Shown: positions 33,241-44,600 of the stretch, piece after piece
Layout of the letters: each line of letters starts with the position of its first letter
Numbering within the stretch: the first letter of the stretch is position 1
The notes under the pieces: model-generated
Told to the model about the DNA's origin: nothing
Databases searched by the model: none
Seen by the model: only the letters and a program-made list of their open reading frames with translations
Made by a program: the position numbers and the translations under genes
Origin: Marsupella aquatica
Taxonomy: Eukaryota; Plantae; Marchantiophyta
DNA: 64,000 nucleotides
Assembly (NCBI GenBank): GCA_973895155.1
Contig: OZ316897.1
Span: forward strand, 16,846,058 to 16,910,057
Reading direction: 5' to 3'

Positions 33241-33570
33241 TCATCGTGAAAGGTTCACCCAAGGGTCTTCGTTCCAAATCTTACAACAGAAGTGAGCCTG
33301 TTTGTGGTACTTGTTATCAAGACGACGACAACAATAGTTACAAGAAAACTCCAAAGAATGTAAACACGCCGTTAACATCAACCTCGAACGAATTGGAACT
33401 CCTGCATCATTCATTCCGCAGAATTCAATGCGGAGAGGATTCTGCCTATCTCCAGGATCAGTACCACCCATCCACAATGCTCCTATACCGATGGGGAGAA
33501 CTTTGAGTCGTACGAGTCTCTTGTACAACCGGCGTGCACGTTTGACACAATTTTCAAGGAAGACAGCCAT
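33241..33570 (-). CDS. 109-aa ORF, unknown function
   Basis: ATG-initiated, co-oriented with the cargo genes; minus-strand TATA-like element near 34170. Confidence 0.3.
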   Translation of the reverse strand: MAVFLENCVKRARRLYKRLVRLKVLPIGIGALWMGGTDPGDRQNPLRIEFCGMNDAGVPIRSRLMLTACLHSLEFSCNYCCRRLDNKYHKQAHFCCKIWNEDPWVNLSR

Positions 33571-34432
33571 TTGTCACAATACCTGTTGTCCACGGAGTGC
33601 AATCGACCTTCCGTTGTGCCTCCTAAACCCGGCAACACTGCGACATCAGAGATGAAGATGAGTCTCCAAACAAAACAAAGGAAAATGATTCTCACAGGAG
33701 GATGCGATAAGTTTATCGCACTCCGCATTCGAATTGAAAATATGACTTCCTCAAACACCTAAGCCCTGAATTCAATCTTTCACAAAAATGACAACTCCGA
33801 TAAATTTATCGGATTCTCAATTACTCCTCTTTCCATGAAAGGAATGGAGACTCCGATAAATTTATCGGAATGAAGGCAACACCTCTCTAAACACACTGGA
33901 TCAAATGATTGCAACAGAGGAATGCAAAATGCGATAAATTTATCGTAGTCCGCTCGGATCTGGACATTTTACACTAAATGACTAGTTAGTCTTACATGGA
34001 GAACTTGAACAGGAATGGCTGTTCTGATAAATTTATCGGGTTTTCGGTAGAAAGAGTTGAATCACTTGGGAGGAATGTAAGACTTGATGGGAGTTTGGTA
34101 TTCGCTCTCAGTCAGGAGATATTTGCTCTGGCGAAAGCAAACATTTTATGGGCAGCCCGCTCCTCTTTATATAGGAGACGCTCTAAACCATGGTTAATTT
34201 CCCCTTAACCATGGTTAAGTTCCCCTTTTACCTGGGTTAGTGCGTGGTCGTTCCTGGATTACGCGGTTCGGACCAAGTTACTCGCAGTTCGGACTTTTTC
34301 ATTGACAGAATGTAAAACCCGATGCACGTATCACTCCCTGCATTCCCGCGGCGATGCAATGGAGGAAAGTGGCGTTTCGGAGAGTTTTTGCCAGTTTTAT
34401 CGGTCATTGCATTGCCTTAGAAAAAAAACGGG

Positions 34433-34540
34433 ATCGGGCTAAACTAGAACTCCGACACACTTCTCGGTCGGTCCGAAATCGTGTTAATCGGGCTAAACGA
34501 GAAGTGTGTCACACTTCTTGGTCGGTCCGAAATCGTGTTA
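34433..34540. repeat. 54-bp tandem duplication containing the inverted terminal motif
   Basis: ATCGGGCTAAAC...TTCT(C/T)GGTCGGTCCGAAATCGTGTTA at 34433 and 34487. Confidence 0.85.
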
Positions 34541-34690
34541 TTGATGGAATGGATCAAAAGAAGACAGAGTTACCTCATTTCATTCGGTGTCCAAAGAATA
34601 TGGATGAGAAGTATATCATCCCTGTACACGTAGTGGGTTGTTTGATCTTCAACAAACAATTGAGTTCAAATGTTTTTTTGAACTATCCAA
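34539..34690 (+). repeat. 152-bp duplicate of the transposase catalytic segment (25891-26042)
   Basis: Near-identical IDGMDQKKTELPHFIRCPKNMDEKY...NVFLNYP coding sequence. Confidence 0.95.
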
Positions 34691-37600
34691 CATTGCTTGA
34701 AACTTGACAATGGCACAATCACAATATGGAAACAGAGAAGAAAATTGCAAGAAAATTTGATCAGGATTGGAAGTTGGCTTGATCATGGATGTGAGCTGAA
34801 ATGGATGTTGAGAGTCCAGAAAATCAATTTCACTAGAGACTCAAAGCAACAACAATAAAATCTCAGCTGAAACTCCAGCAGAAATGCCTTGGCTCATAGC
34901 AACAATAGAAAAACCCAGCTGCACAAACTTGGGCAAAAGGGTCAACAACTTGCAGCAGTACAATGAGGCCAGATCAACAGACTTCTAATTGAATGTCATG
35001 CAATGTAAACAAGGAGGAGAAAGGACCAATGAGTTGGAGCTTCCCTGGTGAACCTAAAGCTGGATAAACAGCAGCACATCCATGTTGAATAAGGGCACAA
35101 TGACACGAGCAAGGAGCTTGAGCTATGGAGAGAGCGACGATGACCTGCAGCAGCAAGCAAGCTTCAGCAGCGATCAAGGTTGGTGAGGAAACCGATTCAG
35201 GTGGGAGGCAACAACAAGTTGAAACAGTGAGCTTCAGCAGCAACAGCCAAGGCAGCAACGAGCTTTAGCAACAAGTTGAAGCAGCAATAGCCAAGGATGC
35301 AACAAGCTTTGGCAGCAGCAGCGGAGCAAGCTCAAGCTATGGCCGCCAATCAAGCTATAGCTGATCAAGTTTGAGCTACGGCCGCCAATCAAGTAGCAGC
35401 AGTGAATGGAGTAGCAATGGATGGAGCAAACGCTGTCGAGCAACACCGGATTGAGCAGCAGCAGCAGTGGATGGAGCTTGAGCTATGGCAGACCATGGAG
35501 AAAGCAGCAGCCACTTGGAGTGAGAATGGGGTCTACCATAGAGAAAGCAACAGCCTTCAAGCTGAAGCTATGGAGGTGCGAGCTTCAGGACCGGGAGGGA
35601 GGCGCAACAACTTGGAGTGAGAACGAGGAGTTGAGGAAGGGGGAGACAGGAGGAGGCCCTGCCAAGCACGGGCTACCAGGGGAGGGGGACATGGCCGGGC
35701 AGAATGATTCTTGCTCGAGTAGGGCTTGGGTCCCTTTATACCCCGAGTTGTGGTTTAAAGGGAAGCCAAAAATTCATTACTTTCCAGTATGAATACTAAT
35801 TAATCTGTGTGCTTAGGGGTCTCACAAAATGGACCCTTCATCACATGCAAGATTTTGAAGGCTCCTAATCTAAAATTAAGAAAATGAGATTTTTTAAGAA
35901 TATTAAACCCCTATTGCTTGAATATTAAAAAAATATTTTATTAACCCTAGTTTTAATAAGTGCCAAATTTAGATTTAGAAATCCTTAGTTATATTCTTTT
36001 ACAAAAAGATTGAAATCTTTCCTTAAATCTAATATAAATTATCCTATACTTTGTTGTAGGTGATGTGCTATTCTTGCGGAATTGAGAACCTAGAATCTGC
36101 TTGGCCATTCTTACAAACATGGGTGACAATTAGTTCGTAGACCCCTTGGCTAATAAAATCAGGGGGAAGAGTCGATCTGAGCCGTCTCCATTTCTTCTCT
36201 CCGGAAATCTCGTCCGTCCATCATAATGGCCAATCTATGGCTCAAAAGAAAGATCTCAAATAGATCTATGGATGGGTTCTGTCCGTTTTGCAAATGGGTT
36301 AATATTTTTCAAATGAAAAATTAAACAAATCCAAGCCTTCCTAGCCGTCGATTTTGTTGATTTTACGATCTTTGCCGTCCATTTTGTAATGCCTCTGGAA
36401 ATCTTATTCATCTATGCTAGAAGGCGATCTAGGGTGCAAAAGAAAGATCTCAATGAGATCTACGACTGGGTGTTTTTTTTTTTGAGAATGAGTAAATAGT
36501 TTTGAGTATAAAATTCGATGAACTTTCAAGATTCCAGTCATTCCTACTCCCCGATCTTGGGTTTCTATGTGCTATTCCCAGCATTAATGGCCGTACAATA
36601 CCAGAGGTCCTTACATACCGGGAGTTACGGTTTAACAAGGAAGTTATCAAGTTAATTATTAGTCATTATTTATTATATGAAAAATACTTTTTATAAATCT
36701 TTGAATTTAAGTTTTAAAATTGAAAATGGGATTGAAAATGTAACTAAAACGGTTACATAGTGACAGTTTTAATCGTCTTGTTCTTTGCATTTCCAATGTT
36801 TTTATTTTTCTTTTTATGGCACGGCGTCCCAAAATTTACACCCAAATTAACACAAACATGAATGAAAACTATAAGTTTGATTCACAAAACCGACGAGTCT
36901 TATTTGTTGCGGTTGTTGTTGACGTGGCACGCTGTGGTGCTAGGAATTTTGGAAGGGACCTGTAGTGGGGTCCGTAATAAAGAAGCATTAAGAAATAGAT
37001 TCCATATTGTGGATCATTCTAGTTGAAATGCTCTTAAACCATGTTTTTAACCTGGATCCCCATGCCACCTTCAGTTATGCCTCAAGAGTGACAATCCAGA
37101 GACTTAGTTTACTCTAAACTATATGCTTGAGAGTAATTGTTTTTCACTATTAATAGTTAGACAGTAGTATCTTGTTTGCTGTGCACTGGGCACCCCCTAA
37201 AATGAGGCCTTTGGCTCCAGTTTTTGGGGATTACTATTCCCCGCAAAGCTTTGGTAACAAGAAGTTACATAATTAAATTAAGTCTGATTTGATGCTCCTA
37301 TATGGTGAATCCATATGGTAAATTCACTTTACAGTATTTTCTGCTGTGTATGTTTATTTCAATATGCCTGACCAAGGTGCATCATTTGCATATTTAATTT
37401 TGAATCTATTTTGGCACCCATCTTAGGATTTTTAGTTAATCTTTGCTATGATCTCACATACTAACTTAGATTCTTTCCCACTAAGACTAGATTCCAACTT
37501 TGTGCATCCAATTCCTTTAGCAAATCTCAGGGGTTTTTTACCACTTGAGAGAGATTCTAAGTTTGAAAGAAATGGTTCTAAGTACACAATCCACATATTT

Positions 37601-40600
37601 AGTTGTCTTTATTTATTCTTTTGATTGTGTTTACTAAGTTTATGGCTTTGGTTGAGTTGAATGTCACTACCTAGGACAAGTGAATATATCATAAGTACAC
37701 AACTTTTCAGTATCTTTGTGTCATAGACTGTCTTGTACTTTTCTTGGTCATTAAGGTGAGTATCTGTACCTTATGTGCTTTTGTATCCTTGTACATTAGA
37801 CTTTTGCTTTTCATAATAGTTGCATTTGCTGGACTTCCTACTTTTGTGACTTCTACTCTTGTATCACTCTCAATCCGCTCTTCCTTCAGTTTACAGTCTT
37901 GCTCCTTATTCTCTCAAACTACTATGCCATGGCCCCCAAATTAGGTCATCTGATCATCCACTGACACATCCCTACAAGACACAAAAAAATGAAAGATGTT
38001 CAAGATTGAGCATGTCATGTACGTAAACCACACCTGCCCATGTAAAAGGGCCACCTTCCCTGCCTGGCTAGTGTTCATTTATGCTCACAGGCTGACCAAA
38101 AAATGTGGAGCTTACCGTGCAAGGTGGATCTCACACCAACACTTCTTTGAATGTTCTGCAGAATGAGAGATCCGGGTTGCATTGATACCAACCTGCAGTA
38201 ACTCTCATACTTGAGCTGTGGTTTGAAAGCCTATTCTAAGAGACCTTTCATTCAACTAGTAGATGTGAAATTGTGGTTTGAAGCCTAAAAGATTTTTATT
38301 TATTTTTTCTACTTTTAGTGAAAGGAAAAGAAAATTGAAAAGTTTTTCCTATCCAAATCTTGAGCATATATAGCATGTTCATCCTGGAACATGTATTTTT
38401 TTTTGTCTTGTAGTGAAATGTAATTAATCTATTTTATGATTGGGTACATGTAAAATATATGCCAAGAAATTAATATCTGTTAATTAAGAGTGAGTGACAT
38501 AACACACAAAACCATTAGTTCACATGCAAAGAAAAGTACATTATGACCAAGAAAGTACAAAGCTACTAAAGAGTTGTGCACATACAGTACAAATTTTCAC
38601 TTGCTTCTAGGTAATTGACAATTAACTCAATTAAAACCATAAATTTTGTAAAGGAAACCTCAAGGGGAACTTAGGACATGGGATGTGCACATTGTTCAAA
38701 TTCATTTCTCTCACTCTCATGAGAAAAAAGAGAATTCACAAGAGTGATTCAAAACTAAAGATTAAACATTTAAGAGGGGAGCCAAATACATTCAAAATAC
38801 TCTAGGTTCACTAAAATTAAAAGGGTCCAAAAGATAATTCAAAATAAACTTAATACAAATGATTCACCTTGTTAAGGCACATTAAAGTAAAAATACTGGA
38901 CACAAAATCTGAATGAGACAAAATTTGAAAAGTGTATTCACCATATAGCATGCTATATGCATGCATACATGCTCATCCTGGAACATGCTTGCTTATTTGT
39001 CTTGTAGTGGTTCTCTTTCAACCGAGAGGTAGAATACTTTTTCACTTTCAAAAAGACAATTACATTAACTATTGTGCACTGTGTTTAACTATTGTACTGT
39101 GGGTACAATATTCGTTGAAAGAGAAATGAGTGAACTTTTTAACCTTTAATTTTGAGCTGTATTTTTAGGGGCTCTTTATTCAGGTGACACTGATGTATAA
39201 ACCATAAGTATTGTAAAGCTATCAACCAATGGGGATATAAGCTACAGTCCATCCAACTCTTCAGTACTAGTTGCAAGGTTGAGCCTGGTGAGAGTCTCTC
39301 CATCTCAGAAACAAGGACGAATTGTGAGCATAGCCAAAGTAGAGTCTTAAAAAGGTAACATTTACTCTAAAGTACCTGATTGAAACTAACCCATTTAAAA
39401 AAATAAGGGGGTTAGAAGAAATTACTAAATTTGAACTAATACAAAACAAAAGCCTAGACTAAGTCAAATGTATATAAAAATACATGACAAGCAACATGAA
39501 TAAGACGAGACAACCAAAAGGTGTAAGGTGTTCAGCCATATAGCAACCTCTAAATGAATGAGACAAAATTTTAAATATTTATTCACCATATAGCAGTTTC
39601 ATAATAGATTTGAAAAGTTTTTCATATCCAAATCTTGAGCATATTTTCTTCTCCATAATTGTACCTTAACTTACAACCAGGAAAATGACAGAAGGGCATC
39701 AAGTGATCAAACAGCACCATGGTCGAGTCATGAGTGACCCATGATCTCCGTCATGAGTAGTCTCCCTCATGAGAAGATTGGACTTTTGTGCAACACCGTC
39801 CTTTGACTCCTTTCCCCTCTCCTTCGATGGTCAGGACAAGCGGAAGAAAACTGCCAGGACTAAGAATTCTCTCAAAAACCTCGCCTACTGATCCTCCAGC
39901 CGGAGTGCAGAAACTCCCTCATGTTCGCGGGTTTTGATCACCATCTGGCCATAAATTGACAGGCCTCTCCACTCTCCGCGTAATGTGCCGACTAATGTGA
40001 AAGGAAAGTGGATTGCTGGAATCCAATTGGGCTCGGCTTCATCACACGCTGTCACGTGTTTACTTCATGAAACCAAGTGCTGCAGACCTCCCTTGTTGCA
40101 GTTTCCTCGAAGTTTACTCGAAGTTTCCTGTCCGGGCTGTCCGGGGATTGCCCAGGGTTCGTTTCTAGGCCTTGAAGTTTGGCATAACAGTACCTACATG
40201 TCAATTATGCGATCATATATTTTGGTTCTTGTTCACCGCATGAGCATGATGGCTACGATATGCCTCGCTCGGGTAGAGCGACTGTTGTTCATTATTGTAA
40301 CGGCTTGGGAAGTTACCTCGAACAGCAGATACAGCCTAGAAAATTGTATCAGATTGAGACTTGACATTTCAAATCGTGTGCGTGTCCTGTAGACATAATT
40401 TATCGGATGCTGCGGAGCGCAAGTATTCGCCATCGCGTGAATTGACTTAGCCGACCAGCAGTGGCAATCTAACCGGAGTTTCCCTTCATGAGCCCCGCGG
40501 ACCAGACGCATACAAATACAGGACGCCGACTGTTCTCTAACTCTAACAACTCCCACTACGTTCGAACTTCAGATTTCTGTCATAGGCCACTGATATCAGA

Positions 40601-40939
40601 TCCTTAGTTCGAAGTCATAGACTGATTTCGAGAAATACGCATAGCGAGGCATCATTTGATTTCACCCCTCGTCCACAAAGCTTTGGATTCACTTTTCGTT
40701 GTATCAGGTGGAGCAGAAATCTCCAAATACTGTTAGTTCTGATGGGATTTCCTCCAACGGCACTTCGCGAAATTAGGCTGTTGGATTCCGCTGCGTCCGC
40801 ATTGGCAAGAGATTCCGCGATCACCATTCGGATTTGGAAGGGCGATTCTATTAAGATCAGTGAGGTGGTGCTGCTTCAGCTCGCACTCGATTAGTCCTCA
40901 GGCATCTCCAACGTATTTCCGGTAGAGAGCTGAGACGAA

Positions 40940-41620
40940 ATGGCGCACACAGGCAAGATTCACCCGCAAATAGGAGAGTTTAGTTTTGCACCACCTTCCC
41001 AGGGATCTCACTACAACGAGCAACGTCTTCCTGCTCCTGCAACATACCATAGAGGTGGACGCGGCCGCGGTGGCTGCTGTTGCAGTCTGTGTAGCCTCTT
41101 CACGGTCTTAGGACTCTTATTGTGCCTTTCGTTTTTCATAGTCTGGCTCGTGGTTAACCCTAAGCCTCCAACGTTTGACGTAGAGAACGTCCATATCTCT
41201 GGTCTCAACTTATCACCTTCACCTGTGAATACGAGCATCACTTACGCAATAAGGGCGCGGAATTCCAACAAGAGAATGGGCTTTCACTACGACGACATCA
41301 ACGTGAATGTGGAGGTCTATGGAGTGACCATAGGCGAAGGAAGCATTCCTTCCTTTTACCAGGGCCATAAGAACACCACCTTCCTCTCCGAGGCCATCGG
41401 TTCTGAAGGAGTGACATTCAATACAGAGACTCTTGCCCTCCTGAGCATTAATCCCACGGTCGTGCCTTTGTACGCCAAGATGGACATCAAAGCTCGTGCC
41501 AAGGTGGGCAGCGTTACGTCGCCTAAAATTACTATAAAAGTTCGTTGCGACCTCAACGTCGACCTGACTCGTACAAGTGGATCGCAGCTCACTTACAGGT
41601 TCTGCTGGCGCAAATGGTAG
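40940..41620 (+). CDS. NDR1/HIN1-like (NHL) protein, LEA_2 domain
   Basis: Cys patch plus TM helix, WLVVNPKPPTFDV, ARNSNKRMGFHYDD, PSFYQGHKNTT, C-terminal C..C; single exon. Confidence 0.93.
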   Translation: MAHTGKIHPQIGEFSFAPPSQGSHYNEQRLPAPATYHRGGRGRGGCCCSLCSLFTVLGLLLCLSFFIVWLVVNPKPPTFDVENVHISGLNLSPSPVNTSITYAIRARNSNKRMGFHYDDINVNVEVYGVTIGEGSIPSFYQGHKNTTFLSEAIGSEGVTFNTETLALLSINPTVVPLYAKMDIKARAKVGSVTSPKITIKVRCDLNVDLTRTSGSQLTYRFCWRKW

Positions 41621-44600
41621 AACACATTGTAGAAATATTGTATGCCCTAGCAGCTACTGTCAATTTATTGCGATTGAGAGGCTTCAAAGTTTCCGATCAA
41701 CAAACTATTCTAGGTACCAAATTAATCTTCTAGTCAGCTTCTTTAACCTGTGAAATCTGCTACTCAAGTTTCTTGGACGCCAAACTAAGTGACGTCAAAC
41801 TAAGTGACAGCGGATGCAGGAGCAATTGACCGAGTGTCGAGAAATTTAGTTGTATATAGAAAGCTCAATAAGTTCACGCCCTGGTTGATGGTTAGTAGGT
41901 GGGTTATGGACAACCAAATTCCATTGCTGAGAAGCACAAAATTTCGCGCCCTTGGGATAAATTTATGTATGACCCAATTCATTCTTTTTATGTATGACCC
42001 AATTCATTCTTTGCCCATTTTATTGAACCGCATGATACTAAAGCTAAAGAAAGCTAAATTCTGCTGAATGTTTGGGCTGAACTCAGTCGGTGGTTATCAT
42101 TTTCTCGAATTGGTAGGCATTAACTAATGTACTCTTCTCTGTTCTCGATCGCACCAGTAATGTTACTTTGTAATAATGCGGAGAAATGTTGTGCTTTGAC
42201 CGATTGCGCTTAGCCCTGTACTCTGTCATCAATTTCCGAAATCGTCGTTGTTAGTTTCGGTCCCTCCTACCGAGATTTCAATTTCGTCGCATCATTTCAG
42301 TGCGACTGAAGTGTGTGGGAGGCACAGTTCTGTCTAATTGATCAGAACGGGGTAAGATTTCAGTGTCTTCCTTCTATCAGACACAGTTCTTAATCATTAA
42401 CAGAGCAACGTTGTTGTTCTTCCAGTTATTGCTTCCGAAATTTCGGTCATACATTTCGGTTCCGTCAACGAACTTTGGTCAATTGACGAATCAGTTCTCT
42501 CAGAGGAATCATATCGGTATTTCCTGTGAATGTTTAGGAGGTATTTGCTTGATCAACCCCCAAGCAAATACCCCCAAAATGAAAGTTGTTATTTGATCTA
42601 CCCCTGAGGTCTATCAATGGTCCAGATTCGAGAAAAGTTTGGAGGAGGCTGGTTGATTAAGCAAACTTTTTCCGGAAGGGGGTCTACTAAGCATATCTCT
42701 CTCAATGTTTACTGAAGTTTATGTCCTAGGTGAGTACTAGAGCATTTAGGTCTTTCCGTCCGACGCACTGGTAATCGACAGTGCGTCACTTCGGTGTTTT
42801 GTCACCTATAACTAAAAATCATTCATAGACCAAGTAACAATTGGGCATCTTTCATCGACAAAGTAACATTTGGGCCTCCTCGGTGAGAGTTGCCACAATT
42901 TTTGGTCAACATTGGATTAACATGTGGGCTCTTTCATTCCACAACTAACTCGATCTACACCCATGGGTTGGACAAAATTTAATGTCACCCAAGATGTTGT
43001 TATGTGAAGGATGTATCGAAGTGAAAAGATATTGTTCAACAAAAAACGTACAAGTTGTTTGTCAAAGATGTTATCATGTGAAAGATATCATCAAATAAAA
43101 AGAAGTTGTGCCTCCAAAAATGTCATCATGTGAAAGATGTTGTAGAGTAAAAGTCTGTCGTAAAAAAAAATAAAAATCATTTTGTCAAAGATGCTCTTAT
43201 GAAAGATGTAGTCAAGTAAAAAATTGTACTCAAGAAAACAGAAGTTGTTCAAGTTGTTTAGCCAAAGATGTTGTCAAGCTAGTAAAGGATGTCCTTAATA
43301 TGCAAATGAAGTTATGTTGCCAAATTAAGATGTGGTTATTCAAAAAGATGTCTTTAAGTAAAGGCTGTCTCGGGTCCAGGCAAGGGCCAGGGCGGCGACC
43401 AGGCACAGCAAGTTGGGGCGAGGTGGGAAAGAGAGCTGCAAGGAGGGAGCCAGGCCACAGAGGGACTTGCCGTCTCTAGTGTCGAGCATAGGGTTTTTAA
43501 GATAAGGCAACCTGGGGGGGGGGGGGGTCATTGCTCCCTCGTTGGGTTGCAGAGACCATCGTCGTTGCTCCCTTGGAGGTCTCTGCACAATAGGGAGTTG
43601 TCACTCCCTTGGAGGTCGGGGCAGCATCAGGCAGAGTTACAGAAACTTGGGTGTGGGATGAGTTGGGCCGGCTGCACTTGGTCATCACGTGGTCAGGCCT
43701 CGCTCCCCCTCACTCGTGGCTTGCTCCTCCCCTTGCTCATCCCTCCCTCCTTCCCGCCTCACTCATCGCGCCTCCCTCCCTCCCTCCTCACTCGTCGGGC
43801 CTCCCTCCAACGACGGGTCTGGCTCCTCGTCAGGCGTTGGGCTTCCTCTTGCCTGGCTTGCTCATTGTCCAGCCTTGTTGTACTAATCTAGGTTGACCTT
43901 ATGGGTTACCGGTGGGTAGAGTGATTAGGGCATGCCCGTTATTTTCGTAATATCCAGCCCTAACATGCAAGGAATACCAGAATTCATGCTCCTGACACAA
44001 CTGGGGTCCATAATGGGCCTTCCTGAATGCCGTGACTCACATTCCTGACACAACTAAGGCGCATAAGTTAGGGCCCTGGCACAAGAATATGAGGCGCTCC
44101 TTTTACAAAACTTGTATATTCCTTCCATTTTTTGTTTCACATGACAACATGTGTTTCCGTGAGAATTACACTTTACAGAATGTCATTTTTTTGTTTCACA
44201 TCACACAATGTCGATGTTTCCGTGGAAATATTACACTTTATAGGATAAAGAAATATTGCACTTTATTCAGTGGGGATCTTGAATGATCGACCCTGAAAAC
44301 TTGATACTGAAAATTCAGTAGGGGATGGAAAGGCATCAACCCTGAAAACCTACTGCTTACTCATAATTCAACTATATGAATGGGTCTATGATAGCTTAAA
44401 AAGCTTTGAAGTACAATCCAATATTGGATGAGTATCTTTGATCCTCAACTATTGGTGTAACTGCACTACCATACTTGATAAGATACTGTATTCTTTGTCT
44501 GAATTCCTAGCTAGAAGCTATAATCTACCACTAAATCTAACTCAATTCTCGGCCACTCCATCACTTGGGGACTCCTTTTCTTCTATGTCCTTGGCTTGAA

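Larger units (their letters stand above)
22698..34540. mobile_element. Large DNA-transposon-like unit with a DUF7869/Sola-like transposase and a ParB-DNA methyltransferase cargo
   Basis: Abruptly interrupts the CACTA ORF. The left end GGACCGAACGAGAA is inverted at 34461-34474 (TTCTCGGTCGGTCC). The 14-bp palindrome is confined to this span. No TSD found; the right end looks rearranged. Confidence 0.7.

Noticed and set aside
23220-34045. CRISPR array interpretation of the recurring palindromes (also of the LTR GACGCT/AGCGTC motifs)
   Set aside because: Repeats are only 14-18 bp, irregularly spaced or within plain tandem duplications; there are no cas genes and the context is eukaryotic.
34354-34707. 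117-aa ORF with DGMDQ as a second transposase gene
   Set aside because: Chance fusion of terminal repeats with a 152-bp duplicated fragment.
34690-36060. CAG-rich region with short ORFs; possible LTR
   Set aside because: No termini, TSD, partner copy or recognisable protein could be identified.
42500-43350. Possible MITE and AAGATGTTGT-type repeats
   Set aside because: Inverted repeats are weak and no TSD or clear ends were seen.
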